Below, piece after piece: positions 21,207 to 33,160 of a DNA stretch of 64,000 bases. The first letter of the stretch is position 1; each line of letters starts with the position of its first letter. Position numbers and translations under genes: made by a program. The notes below the pieces were generated by a model that ran no database searches, was not told the DNA's origin, and saw only the letters and a list, made by a program, of their open reading frames with translations. Source of the stretch: an uncultured Pseudomonadota bacterium (GTDB taxonomy: Bacteria > Myxococcota_A > Polyangia > Fen-1088); contig CAWKBC010000029.1 in NCBI GenBank assembly GCA_963847705.1, positions 256,001 to 320,000 on the forward strand, read 5' to 3'.

Positions 21207-21845
21207 GTGGCACGCACGCTGATCGTCTCGGCCTTCGAGCCCGAGATCGCGCCGCTTCGCCGGCTGGTGCGGGGCCTGCGGGGGATCGTGCTCCAGCCGG
21301 TCGGGATCGGCGCGATCGACGCGGCCGTCGGCGCCGCGGGCGCCATTGCGCGCGCCCGTCCCGCCCGCGTCCTGTTCGTCGGCACGGCCGGGTTCTACGG
21401 ACGCGAGAAGGAAGCGCGGCAAGCGATCGGAACGGCCGTGGTGGCCGGCGAGCTCCTCTGCATGTCGACAGCCGCGCTCAAGGGGGAGGCCTACCTGCCG
21501 GGGCCCATGGTGGTGCAGGTTCCGACGTCGCGCAGCCTGCAGAGCGCGCTTGGCGGCGGCCGAGCTGGCGAGCCCCGCGACGTGGCCTGCCCGCTGGCCA
21601 TCACCCGATCCGCCGCGCTCGGACGGCGGATTGCCGAGGCGACCGGTGCGACGCTGGAGAACCTGGAGGCGTTCGCCGTGGCACGTGCCGCCGCCGCAGC
21701 CGGCGTTCCCTTCGCGGCCGTTCTGGGCGTCGCGAACCGCGTCGGTCCGACCGGGCACGACGAGTGGCAGCGCCACCACCGGGCCGCCTCGCGCGCGGCC
21801 TGCGAGCTGATCGCGCGTTTCTTGGATGTCCCGCTTCCAACCTGA
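21207..21845 (+). CDS. Nucleoside phosphorylase/nucleosidase family protein, possible futalosine hydrolase
   Basis: GIG, GTAG, ENLEAFAVA and LGVANRVG motifs; near an mqnD-like gene. Confidence 0.7.
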   Translation: MARTLIVSAFEPEIAPLRRLVRGLRGIVLQPVGIGAIDAAVGAAGAIARARPARVLFVGTAGFYGREKEARQAIGTAVVAGELLCMSTAALKGEAYLPGPMVVQVPTSRSLQSALGGGRAGEPRDVACPLAITRSAALGRRIAEATGATLENLEAFAVARAAAAAGVPFAAVLGVANRVGPTGHDEWQRHHRAASRAACELIARFLDVPLPT

Positions 21846-21853
21846 ACCGCATC

Positions 21854-21938
21854 GCGCGGAGCAATGTCGGGCGCGGAGCGAATTCGAGCGCGGAGCGAAT
21901 TCGAGCGCGGAGCGAATTCGGGCGCGGAGCGAATTCGA
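21854..21938. repeat. 17-bp tandem repeat GCGCGGAGCGAATTCG(A/G), four copies plus one degenerate copy
   Basis: Units start at 21854 (degenerate), 21871, 21888, 21905 and 21922, with no spacers. Confidence 0.95.
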
Positions 21939-22061
21939 GAAAGATCCGCCTCCTCCGACGTTTGCCTGGTGTGGCCCCTGTTCTTCACGAAAGATCTGCT
22001 CGATTGACACAGCGTCTTGACCGTTTCCGGCATATGGTCAAACCCGAAAGGGAGACGTTTC

Positions 22062-22803
22062 GTGTTGCAGTCACCGGAGCGTGGGTTCTTATCGGTCGGG
22101 AATCGAAGGTTCAGGATCAGACGGAGCGTCACGCCGCCGCTGACGCCAGTCTCGGTCAGGCCGCTTGAAGGGGTCCCCCTGACGGTGCCGGCGGACATGC
22201 TCACGGAACGGATCCCCTCCCCGGGTCCGCTCGTCCAGATTCTCGACGCTGGCGGCGGCCACCGACAAGATCACCATCTCGCGAAACGTGCTGTTCGGGC
22301 TCTGCCTGACCACCTTCGCGCTCGGCATCGTGACGACCCTGGCGATCGACCACATGCACGCCCGCGCGAGCGAAGCGGCGGCTCCTCGCGATTCGGAAGC
22401 GGTCGTGTTGCAGACGACGCCGATCGAGCCGCTGGCGAAGCCCGCTCCGGTGGCAGCGGTCCCCGCGCCACCGCCGCCTGCTCCGTTGCCTTCGGCGGCG
22501 GCCGTCCTGCCCCAGGCTGCGGCCGCCGAAGCGGTGGTCGTCCAGCTGCCGGCGACCGCCGAGAAGCCCACCGGCAGGTTCGCCGAAAAGCCCGCCGGAC
22601 GGCCCCTCGCTCATCCGCCGGTGCCGCCCCCTGCCCGGGCCGCCCGCGCCGGCGCGCCGATCCGTGCCACTGCATCCCACCCCCGGACGAGCGCGAAGCC
22701 GACGAGCGACTCCTCGGGGGCGGGCACAGAGGCCGCTCCTGACGAGGTTCCTGCGACGCCCGCGGCCACCAAGAAGAAGTGGGTGGACCCGTTCGAGCAG
22801 TGA
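22062..22803 (+). CDS. Single-TM, Pro/Ala-rich hypothetical protein, probably frameshifted near 22214-22250
   Basis: GGGAGA then GTG 22062 in one frame; the TM helix and tail ending WVDPFEQ are in another frame (ORF 22288-22803). Confidence 0.55.
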
Positions 22804-22819
22804 GCTGAGCCGCGAGCGC

Positions 22820-23713
22820 CTAGGGCGCCCAGTCGATCGGCGTCTCGTCCGACAGCAGACCTGCGGCGCGCGCCTCCGCGAACAGGACATCGACCGCGCG
22901 CCGTGCATCGTCGGCGATCGCGGCCGTGTCACTGTTCGCGTAAAGGTTCAAGTAATGGTCGATAAGAGCCTTGTCCGACAGGGCTTTGTCACCACGATCT
23001 TCGGCAGCGATGAGCGCAATCATCTCCGGCCGATGGGCCAACGCCCAGGCGATGCTGGCCCGCAGGACACGCGACACCCGCCCCACCAGGGGCGCGCCGA
23101 GACCGCGCCGGATGACGTTGACCCCGAGCGGGAGCGGCAGACCGGTCTTCTCCAGCCAGTAAACGCCGAGATCCGTCACCAGGTGAAGACCGCGGGCTGG
23201 GTAGAGCAGCCGCCCCTCGTGAATCAAGAGCGCCGCGTCGACCTCACCGGCCGCCACCGCGTCAAAGATCCGATTGAACGGAGAGATCGGAATCTCCACC
23301 CCGATCGCGCGCGGCGCGATGAGGCGCAGCACCAACCAGGCCGTGGTGCTGGCGCCTGGAATCCCGACCCGCCGCCCGGCCAGGTCGGCCGGCGCGAGCG
23401 GGCGCGGCGCCACCACCACGGGACCGTAACCCCGCCCCACGGACGCGCCGTGCGGCAAGAGCTGATAGCCGGCCGCGATGGCCGGGTAGACGCCGAGCGA
23501 AACGGCGACCACGTCCGTGGCGCCGCCCATCGCCAGGCGATTGAGCGCCGCGGTGTGGTCGCGGTGGTGGGTGAAGGTCAGCCCATCGGTGTCGATCGCC
23601 CCCACGCGCAGCGCGTGAAACATAAAGGCATCGTCGGCGTCTACCGAATAAGCGAGCGAGATCGAATTGGGGTCCAAACTCCTGTCCAAGGTCTTGTCGG
23701 CGCCAGCAGACAT
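22820..23713 (-). CDS. mqnD: MqnA/MqnD family protein, likely 1,4-dihydroxy-6-naphthoate synthase
   Basis: YSVDADDAFMF, GASVGRGYGP, LLIHEG, TGLPLPLG. Confidence 0.8.
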   Translation of the reverse strand: MSAGADKTLDRSLDPNSISLAYSVDADDAFMFHALRVGAIDTDGLTFTHHRDHTAALNRLAMGGATDVVAVSLGVYPAIAAGYQLLPHGASVGRGYGPVVVAPRPLAPADLAGRRVGIPGASTTAWLVLRLIAPRAIGVEIPISPFNRIFDAVAAGEVDAALLIHEGRLLYPARGLHLVTDLGVYWLEKTGLPLPLGVNVIRRGLGAPLVGRVSRVLRASIAWALAHRPEMIALIAAEDRGDKALSDKALIDHYLNLYANSDTAAIADDARRAVDVLFAEARAAGLLSDETPIDWAP

Positions 23714-23837
23714 GTCGGTGGCGCATCATATACACGACCGAAGTCGATTGACCGGTGCCTGCGCGATCGGTGATGCTGAACGCGCGGTGCGCGTGCCCTC
23801 CCCCGCCCAGGCGTCCCGGACATCCGTCGCGCTGCTC

Positions 23838-24632
23838 GTGAAGACGCTTTCCCTGGTCGCCCTGCTGGCCCTGAGCGAGAGCACGGTCCGCGCGGCGCGC
23901 GAGGTGAAGATCGAGGACGTCGAGGAGTCCCTGGCGCGTGATTCCTCGTTCAAGGTGCGGGTCGAAGCGGCGTTGATCCTGGGCCGGCTGCACCAGGTCC
24001 GCTCGGTCCCGGCGCTGGTCGGCGCCCTCCGCGATCCCGAGCCGGGCGTGCGCGCCACGGCCGCCGAGTCGCTGGGCGAGATCGGGTCGATCCTGCCGCG
24101 CGAGGCGCTGGTGGGGACGCTCAACGATCCCGAGCCGGCGGTCCGGCGCGCGGCCCGCACGGCCTTGCGACGGCTGGGGGGCGACGAGGGGCCCCGCGCC
24201 CCGGGCGAGCCGGACATCCGCCGGCACGCCGCGCCGACCACCTCCTTCGAGGTCAAGCCGATCGGCGATCCCGGGCATCGCGCCGGGCCCGCCCTGCAGA
24301 GCCACATGCGCGACTTCTTGATCGATCAGCTCCGCCCGTTCGGCGACGTCGATCCGGGGCAACAGCGCGGGACCTACGCGGTCGACGGCGTCATCAAGTC
24401 GCTGTCGGTCGAGACCACCGGGCGGGACGTGGAGGTGAGCTGTGCGGTCCAGCTGGTCATCAGCCGGCAGCCCACGGGGGGTGTGTTCATGCTGACCGAC
24501 GGCCAGGCGACGGTGCAGAAACCGAAACGGCAGTGGCGCCCCCAGCTGCGCCCGAGCATGGAGCTGGAGGCGCTGGAGGCCGCCGTCCGCGGCGCCAGCG
24601 AGGATCTGGTGAGCAAGCTGCCGCGGCCATGA
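23838..24632 (+). CDS. Secreted HEAT-repeat protein
   Basis: Signal peptide; repeats LVGALRDPEPGVRATAA and LVGTLNDPEPAVRRAA. Start uncertain. Confidence 0.75.
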   Translation: MKTLSLVALLALSESTVRAAREVKIEDVEESLARDSSFKVRVEAALILGRLHQVRSVPALVGALRDPEPGVRATAAESLGEIGSILPREALVGTLNDPEPAVRRAARTALRRLGGDEGPRAPGEPDIRRHAAPTTSFEVKPIGDPGHRAGPALQSHMRDFLIDQLRPFGDVDPGQQRGTYAVDGVIKSLSVETTGRDVEVSCAVQLVISRQPTGGVFMLTDGQATVQKPKRQWRPQLRPSMELEALEAAVRGASEDLVSKLPRP

Positions 24633-24731
24633 TCGCCTGAACGGCCGCGGGCTGTCGACCGGCCGGCGGGAGAGCAAACGATCCCGTCAAATGATCCCCT
24701 CGGGCTGGGTTTTTTTTGAGTAGTGTTCGGG

Positions 24732-26532
<1,801 letters not shown>

Positions 26533-26540
<8 letters not shown>

Positions 26541-27582
26541 AAGCGGAAACGATTCTCTCGGGAACCCTCGAAGGGTTCCCGAACCCTCCCCCGACGAACT
26601 CCGTCGGGCGGAGCCCGACTCCGTTCACGCGATCCGCATCGTCGCCGTCCTGGGACCGACGGCGGCCGGCAAGAGCGCGCTCGCCATGGCGCTGGCGGAA
26701 CGTCTCGACGGCGAGATCGTCGCCTGCGACTCGCAGCAGGTCTACCTGGGGATGGACATCGGCACCGCCAAGCCGACCCGCGAGGAGCGGCGCCGCATCC
26801 CGCACCACGGCCTCGACCTCTGCCACCCCGACGAGCCGTTTCACGCCGCGCGCTGGGCGGCGCTGGCCCGCGCCGCCTGCAAGAGCATTGCGGGTCGCGG
26901 CCGGCTGCCGATCGTCGTGGGAGGCACCGGGCTTTACTACCGCGCGCTCACGGCCGGCCTCTTCGAGGCCCCGCCGTCCGATCCGGCTCTGCGGGCGCGC
27001 CACCGCCAGATCTACGAGAGCGAGGGGAACGAGCCGTTGCGGATGCGCCTCCTGCAGGTCGATCCCGAGGCGGCGGCCGGGATCGCGCCGCGCGACTTCG
27101 TGCGGACCAGCCGCGCGCTGGAGGTCTACGAACAGACGGGGATCGCCATCACCACGCTCCGCCGCCAGGCCCCCCGCCCGCGCGATCTCCAGCCGACGAC
27201 GCTGGTGCTCGACCCCTCGCTGGAGCAACTGCGCGCGCGCATCGAGGCGCGCGTCGCGGTGATGCTCGCCGCCGGATTTCTCGACGAGGTGCGCGCGCTT
27301 CGCACCGCCGGCTATGGCGCCGGGTTGAAGCCGATGCAGGCGCTCGGCTACCGGCAGTTCGGCGCCGTGGTCGACGGAACGGCGACGCTGGCCGACGCCA
27401 CCACCGAGACGGTGCGGGCCACGCATGCCTACGCCCGCCGGCAGCGGACCTGGTTCAAGAAGGAGGCCGCCAGCGGACGCTTCCCCACCGTCCCTTCGGT
27501 GGAAACGGCGCTGGAGGTGATCGCCGGGGGCGCGACAGCGGCCCCGGCCGAGCTCGGGGCCGACGGGGAGACGCGCGGTTGA
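26533..27582 (+). CDS. miaA: tRNA dimethylallyltransferase
   Basis: GPTAAGKS, DSQQVY.GMDIGTAKP, VGGTGLY, YARRQRTWF; follows mutL. Confidence 0.95.
26558..26619. repeat. REP-like palindrome, copy 3 (inverted orientation), plus a second hairpin, inside the miaA 5' end
   Basis: TCGGGAACCCT-CGA-AGGGTTCCCGA-ACCCTCCCCC, then GTCGGGC-GGA-GCCCGAC. Confidence 0.7.
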
Positions 27583-27995
27583 GCGTCGCCGGCTGCGTCT
27601 TCTGCGAGATCGTGGAGGGCACGCGCCCCGCCGCCATCGTCGCCAGCGACGAGGCGGCGGTGGCGTTCCTCGATGCGCGGCCGGTCTTCAAGGGGCACAC
27701 TTTGGTGGTGCCGCGGGCCCACATCGCCACTCTGACCGATCTGCCGGCGGGCGATCTCGGGCCCTACTTCGCCACCGTCCAGCGGCTGGCGCGCGCCGTC
27801 GAGACCGGCCTCGAGGCGGACGGCACGTTCGTGGCGATGAACAACAAGGTCTCGCAGAGCGTGGCGCACCTGCACACGCACGTGGTCCCGCGCCGCCGCA
27901 AGGACGGCCTGCGCGGCTTCTTCTGGCCGCGCGTCCCCTACGCGAGCGACGCCGAGCGGGACGACTTCGCGGCCCGAATTCGCGGGGCGGTCTGA
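27579..27995 (+). CDS. HIT family hydrolase
   Basis: CVFC, GHTLVVP, HLHTHVVPR. Confidence 0.92.
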   Translation: MSVAGCVFCEIVEGTRPAAIVASDEAAVAFLDARPVFKGHTLVVPRAHIATLTDLPAGDLGPYFATVQRLARAVETGLEADGTFVAMNNKVSQSVAHLHTHVVPRRRKDGLRGFFWPRVPYASDAERDDFAARIRGAV

Positions 27996-27996
27996 C

Positions 27997-28857
27997 GTGC
28001 CGGAGCTTCCCGAGGTCGAGGTCGCCGCCCGCAACCTGCAGCGCTGGGCCGAAAAGAAAGCGATCCGCGGGGTCGAGGCCGACCCCAAGGCGGCCCGCCT
28101 CTTTCGCCCCGGGACGCCGAAGGCCGTCGAGGCCCTGGCCGGCGCGCGCCTCCAGGGCGTGCGGCGGATCGGCAAGAATCTTCTCCTGACGTTCGCGCCG
28201 CGCGGCCGGGGCGGCGCCCCGCTGGGCGTCTGGTCGCACCTGGGGATGACCGGAAAGTGGCTTCGGCGCACGGGGAAGGATCCGGCGCCACCCGCCACGC
28301 GCGTCGAGCTCGACCTCGTCGATGGGGTGCGCCTCTGCTACGTCGACCGCCGGATGTTCGGGCGCTTCCGGCTGGTTCCGGGCGCCCGCTTCGAGTCGCT
28401 CCCGGAGATCGCCACGCTCGGCCCCGATCCACTCCCCGACGGGATCGACGTCCCGGCTTTTGCAAAGCGGCTCGCCCGTCTGAAGGGGCCAATCAAGGTC
28501 GCCTTGCTCGATCAGACGCTGCTGGCCGGTGTGGGAAACATCCAGGCCAGCGAGTCTCTGTTCCGCGCCGGGCTCGACCCCCGGCGTCCGGCGCGCTCGC
28601 TCTCGCCGGCGGAGGTGAAGCGGCTCGCCACCGCCATCCGCAAATCGATCGACTTCACGCTGAAGACCTTCGCCGCGGAGGGCGCCGACAGCGACGGCGG
28701 CGACATCGGCTACGTCGAGGAGGGGACGGCCCCCAACCCCTTTTTGGTGTACGCCCGCGCGGGAGAGCGTTGCCCCGGCAAGCAATCGAAGGGCGTCATC
28801 GTCCGCATCGTCCAGGCCGGCCGCGCGACGTTTTATTGCCCGCGCTGCCAGAGCTAG
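27997..28857 (+). CDS. mutM: Fpg/Nei DNA glycosylase
   Basis: N-terminal PELPEVE, HLGMTG, H2TH motif LLDQ..LAGVGNI, C-terminal CPRCQ. Confidence 0.9.
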   Translation: MPELPEVEVAARNLQRWAEKKAIRGVEADPKAARLFRPGTPKAVEALAGARLQGVRRIGKNLLLTFAPRGRGGAPLGVWSHLGMTGKWLRRTGKDPAPPATRVELDLVDGVRLCYVDRRMFGRFRLVPGARFESLPEIATLGPDPLPDGIDVPAFAKRLARLKGPIKVALLDQTLLAGVGNIQASESLFRAGLDPRRPARSLSPAEVKRLATAIRKSIDFTLKTFAAEGADSDGGDIGYVEEGTAPNPFLVYARAGERCPGKQSKGVIVRIVQAGRATFYCPRCQS

Positions 28858-28989
28858 GATCTGGTTCCGAGATGACGATTGCCTGCGCACCTGGCGGCTT
28901 GCCGTGAAGAGGTGAGGCCCCACCTTTCCCAGGAGCGATCGAGGACCTGTCGTCAGCGGCGGCATGAGCCCCAACCAGTGAGGTGACCG

Positions 28990-29433
28990 ATGGCCGAGCT
29001 CCCACCACGCCCAGCGGGAATTGTGCTGGCCCACTTCATCGTGTCGGCCGACGTCGAGCGCTCGGCGCGCTTCTACACCGAGGTGCTGGGCGGCAGGGTG
29101 GTCTTCTCTCCGGAGCCGACCTACGTCGAGCTCGCCAACAGCTGGATCATCATCAACGTGGGTGGAGGACCGACCGATGACAAACCGGCGGTCACCCTCG
29201 AGCCGCCGCGCGATCCCGACCGCGTCAGCAGCTTCCTGAACATTCGGGTCAAGGACATCCAGGCCGTGTATGCCGACTGGAGCGCCCGGGGTGCTCACTT
29301 CCTGACGCCGCCCAGGCAGCACCAGTACGAGATGCGTTGCTACATCCGCGATCCCGATGGTCACCTGATCGAAGTGGGGCAAACCACCGACCCGAAGGGG
29401 GACTGGCGGCCCGCTCACTGGCCAGCAGGCTGA
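28990..29433 (+). CDS. VOC/glyoxalase family protein
   Basis: DVERSARFY, RDPDGHLIE; GAGG Shine-Dalgarno. Confidence 0.9.
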   Translation: MAELPPRPAGIVLAHFIVSADVERSARFYTEVLGGRVVFSPEPTYVELANSWIIINVGGGPTDDKPAVTLEPPRDPDRVSSFLNIRVKDIQAVYADWSARGAHFLTPPRQHQYEMRCYIRDPDGHLIEVGQTTDPKGDWRPAHWPAG

Positions 29434-29549
29434 CGCCCTCGCCCGCTCGCCGATCGCCTGGGCGACGGTGCCCGGTGACAGTGCATCCTTCACGGCTGAG
29501 GATCCGGCGGCGCCCGGAAAATGCCGCTACTTTCAGCTAGAGTTCGCCC

Positions 29550-32126
29550 ATGACGACGTGGCGGAGGGGGCGAGCCGCGTGCGCGGCGGCGTTGTCTCTG
29601 GCGGCGGTCTCGCTCGGCTGCGGCGGCAGCGCCCCCTCGGGCCCCAGCGGCCACGTCATCGAGATCGACATCGACGATCACGGCCTGGCCGGGCTCTGGA
29701 TGGCCTCGGCCCCCAACATCAAGGGGCTCATCGCGCGCGGGACGCTGGCCTTCACCCACGTCGTCGTTCCGACGCACAGCAACCAGAACAACATGTCGCT
29801 GCTCACCGGCCAGTACCCCGACGGGAACAACGTGCCGGCGAACGACTGGCTGGGGCGCGACAACGGCTTCGTCTCGCCGGTCTCCGTGGGCGGCGAGCTC
29901 GACGTGGGTGACTACGCCGAGTGGGACAAGAACCCGCTGCGGGTCCGGGGCGACAGCGTCTACGGCGCCACGCACGCGGCGGGCGGCCGGTCGGCCTACG
30001 TCGGCGAGCTGCCGCCGTTCGAGGCGGGGGCCGACGACGTCCACCTGTCGATCCTGGGCACCATGTTCGAGACGCCGCTCGGGACGCTGACCGTGGACCA
30101 GACGACGGCGAAGAACCTGCTCACCGGCTCGCTCGGCTACCCGTCGAGCGTCGTCAATGGCTACAGCTATGACGGCCCGCCCGCCAGCGGCGAGACGCAG
30201 ACCCAGTTCACGCTGCGCGACGCCGCCGACTACGTTCGCAACCACCCGATGCCGGCGTTCATGTTCGTCTGGGACTTCGTCGCCCTCGACGATGATCCGA
30301 CCAGCATGTACGGCGCCGATGGACCGCAGATCGCCCAGATCATCGAGGACTACGACGGCGGCCTCGGCGAGCTCATCGCCGCGCTCACCGACAAGAACCT
30401 GCTCGACAGCACCAACATCCTCTTCACGCTCGATCACGGCAAGGTCGACACCCACAACCAGGTGGTCCTCGGCACGCAGGGGGGCGCGAACGCCGACGGC
30501 CAGATGGCCGCGCTGGTGACGTCGCAGGGTCCGGCGATGGGCCTCGACACCGGCAGCTATGCGCTGCTCAACGAGGACGGCGACGCCCAGATCTACGCCG
30601 TCGTTCCAGGCGCCGGCACCGCCGCCGGCGCGGCGGCGCAGGCCGACGTCACGCACAAGCTGCTCACGTTGATCCAGTCGGGCGCCATCGTGGGGCTCGA
30701 CACGACCCGCACGCTCACCGCGGACGGCGCGCTCGGCACGCGCAGCTTCCACGACTTCCGCGCCACCAGCCCCAACCAGGCCGACATCGTCGTCTTCCCC
30801 CAGGACGACTGGACACTGAACCAGGTCGACGCCACCAACACCGCGCCCGGGCCGTTCCAGGAGCACACGCAATATCCCTACGGTCGACACGGAGGCTTCT
30901 CCGCCGACGAGCTCTATGTTCCGCTCATCATGGCGGGGCCGGCGTTCAAGAGCGGCGTGATGCTGCCGCACCCGGTGCTGCACCCGGAGGTCGCGCCGAC
31001 CGCGCTGGCCAGCCTCGGCCAATCGGGCAAGACAGTGGCGTTGCGGACCGCCGCGCGCGGCGCCATCCAGGCGGCGCTGGTCGGCGATCCCGGCGAGACG
31101 ATCTCCGTCCCCGACCCGCCCGACGGCGCGCGCGATCTGGTGCTCACGGGGAGCGGGTTCGAGGGGACGCCGCCCGCACCGACGGTGGCGGCGACCAACG
31201 TGATCGTGCTCGACGTCGCCGGCCTCTACGACGACGAGCTCTTCACCGACGACGTCACCTCCACCGCGGCGGCCGGTTTCCGCGCGCTGGCAGCCACGGG
31301 GACCCGCTTCGAAGACTGCTGGACGCAGAGCCGCGACTGGCCGGTCAGCGAGTACCAGATGCTCGCCGGCGGCTACCCGGTGGCCCCGTTCGTCCCCGCC
31401 GCCGAAGATGACCCGACCGTGACCTTCCCCCCGGGACAGGGGCTCCTGGCGATGCCGCCGCCCGCGAACCATGTCGCCAACCCGGACGGCTCTGCCGCCT
31501 GGCGCGCTCCGGCCATCTTCGCCGGCGGCAGCCTGTTCGACGCCGCCACGGCCCGCGGCCTGACGACGGCGTTCATCGGGACCGACGACTTTCACCTCCT
31601 GCACGTCAATCCGCCCGCCACGACCGCCGTCGCCGCGGCGACCGGAGGGCTGGGGGCCCAGCTGGGGGCGCTGGCTGCCGCGAACCCGGGCGGCCTCCTG
31701 GCAGTGGTGGCGCTCGGCGGCGGCAGGACCGCCAATCGCCACAGCAGCCAGGCCCAAGGCGAGCTCACGGCGTTGGCCGCCGCCGCGCAAGACGCCGCCC
31801 AGGGCGTGCCGGGCGCGCTGGTGATCATCACCAGCCGCGGCGCCACCACCATCGACGATCCGGGATCCGACTTCTACGGGCCGGGATCATCGCGTCACGT
31901 CCCCCTCATCTTGCTCGGGCCGGGCGTGCGCGCCGGTGTCGTCACCGGCCAGCCGGCGACGCCCGCCGATCTGCCGGCCACCATCCTCTATGCGCTGGGG
32001 GCGGCGACGGCCACCGACGTCGCGCAGGGGACCTGGGCAACGGGAACCCCGGTGGGCGGTGTCCCACAGCCGACCCCCGCTGCCGCGACGCAGGGTCAGG
32101 TCCTCTTGCGCGCATTTCTCGATTAG
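29550..32126 (+). CDS. Alkaline phosphatase/NPP superfamily lipoprotein with two AP-like domains
   Basis: Lipobox LGC; IDIDD, PTHSN, TLDHG and GRHGG, then a second IVLDVAG...HVPLILLGPG domain. Confidence 0.75.
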   Translation: MTTWRRGRAACAAALSLAAVSLGCGGSAPSGPSGHVIEIDIDDHGLAGLWMASAPNIKGLIARGTLAFTHVVVPTHSNQNNMSLLTGQYPDGNNVPANDWLGRDNGFVSPVSVGGELDVGDYAEWDKNPLRVRGDSVYGATHAAGGRSAYVGELPPFEAGADDVHLSILGTMFETPLGTLTVDQTTAKNLLTGSLGYPSSVVNGYSYDGPPASGETQTQFTLRDAADYVRNHPMPAFMFVWDFVALDDDPTSMYGADGPQIAQIIEDYDGGLGELIAALTDKNLLDSTNILFTLDHGKVDTHNQVVLGTQGGANADGQMAALVTSQGPAMGLDTGSYALLNEDGDAQIYAVVPGAGTAAGAAAQADVTHKLLTLIQSGAIVGLDTTRTLTADGALGTRSFHDFRATSPNQADIVVFPQDDWTLNQVDATNTAPGPFQEHTQYPYGRHGGFSADELYVPLIMAGPAFKSGVMLPHPVLHPEVAPTALASLGQSGKTVALRTAARGAIQAALVGDPGETISVPDPPDGARDLVLTGSGFEGTPPAPTVAATNVIVLDVAGLYDDELFTDDVTSTAAAGFRALAATGTRFEDCWTQSRDWPVSEYQMLAGGYPVAPFVPAAEDDPTVTFPPGQGLLAMPPPANHVANPDGSAAWRAPAIFAGGSLFDAATARGLTTAFIGTDDFHLLHVNPPATTAVAAATGGLGAQLGALAAANPGGLLAVVALGGGRTANRHSSQAQGELTALAAAAQDAAQGVPGALVIITSRGATTIDDPGSDFYGPGSSRHVPLILLGPGVRAGVVTGQPATPADLPATILYALGAATATDVAQGTWATGTPVGGVPQPTPAAATQGQVLLRAFLD

Positions 32127-32143
32127 AGGAATAAATAGACCCG

Positions 32144-33160
32144 ATGGCCGAACCCGCAACAGCCTCCGCCGCCCGCGTCAACGACACCCCCACGCTCGAC
32201 TTCGAGCGCCCGGTGGTGGAGCTGGAACGCAAGATCGAAGAGCTCATCCGTGTGAGCGGCGGCGCCTCCGAGCTGCGCCCGCAGATCGCGCTGCTCGAAA
32301 GACGCGCCCGCGAGCTGCAACAGAAGATCTTCGCCGAGCTCACGCCCTGGCAGAAGGTGCAGCTGTCCCGCCACCCCGCCCGCCCCTACACCCTCGACTA
32401 CATCGAACGCCTGGTGGGCGACTTCACCGAGCTGCACGGCGATCGCCGCTTCGCCGACGATCCGGCGGTGGTCGGCGGCTTCGGGACCTTCGACGGGGTT
32501 CCGGTGCTGGTGCTCGGCCACCAAAAAGGACGCAGCACCAAGGAAAAGGTGCAGCGCAACTTTGGACAGCCCAAGCCCGAGGGGTACCGCAAGGCGCTCC
32601 GGCTGATGGACCTGGCGGCCCGGATGCGGCGCCCCATCCTCTGCTTGATCGACACCCAGGGGGCCTATCCCGGCGTCGACGCCGAGGAGCGCGGCCAGGC
32701 CGAGGCGATCGCCAAGAACCTCGAGGTGATGGCCGGCCTGCCGGTGCCGATCATCTGCGCGGTGATTGGCGAAGGGGGCTCCGGCGGCGCGCTGGCGCTG
32801 GGCGTCGGAAACCGGATCCTGATGATGGAGTACGCCACCTACTCGGTGATCTCGCCCGAGGGGTGCGCGTCGATCCTCTGGCGCGACGACAACCGCAAGC
32901 CGGACGCGGCCGCGGCGATGAAGATGACGGCCACCGACCTGAAGCGGCTGGGGATCGTCGACGAGGTGATCCCCGAAGCGCCGGGCGGCGCGCACCGCGA
33001 CCACGATCTGACGGCGCGCCAGCTGGGCGAGGCGCTGCGGCGCCACCTGGCCGAGCTGTCGGCCATGTCGCCGGAGGCGCTGCGCGCCGATCGCTACGCC
33101 AAGTTCCGCCATATGGGCGCGTTCGTCGAATCGGGCGACAAGCCGGCCGCGCCGGCGTGA
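32144..33160 (+). CDS. accA: Acetyl-CoA carboxylase carboxyltransferase alpha subunit
   Basis: [38 protein letters not shown]. Confidence 0.97.
   Translation: MAEPATASAARVNDTPTLDFERPVVELERKIEELIRVSGGASELRPQIALLERRARELQQKIFAELTPWQKVQLSRHPARPYTLDYIERLVGDFTELHGDRRFADDPAVVGGFGTFDGVPVLVLGHQKGRSTKEKVQRNFGQPKPEGYRKALRLMDLAARMRRPILCLIDTQGAYPGVDAEERGQAEAIAKNLEVMAGLPVPIICAVIGEGGSGGALALGVGNRILMMEYATYSVISPEGCASILWRDDNRKPDAAAAMKMTATDLKRLGIVDEVIPEAPGGAHRDHDLTARQLGEALRRHLAELSAMSPEALRADRYAKFRHMGAFVESGDKPAAPA

Noticed and set aside
21854-21938. Possible CRISPR array
   Set aside because: Contiguous 17-bp units, no spacers, no cas genes.
24695-24718. Intrinsic terminator before mutL
   Set aside because: A T-run is present but there is no convincing stem; it is more likely part of the mutL promoter region.
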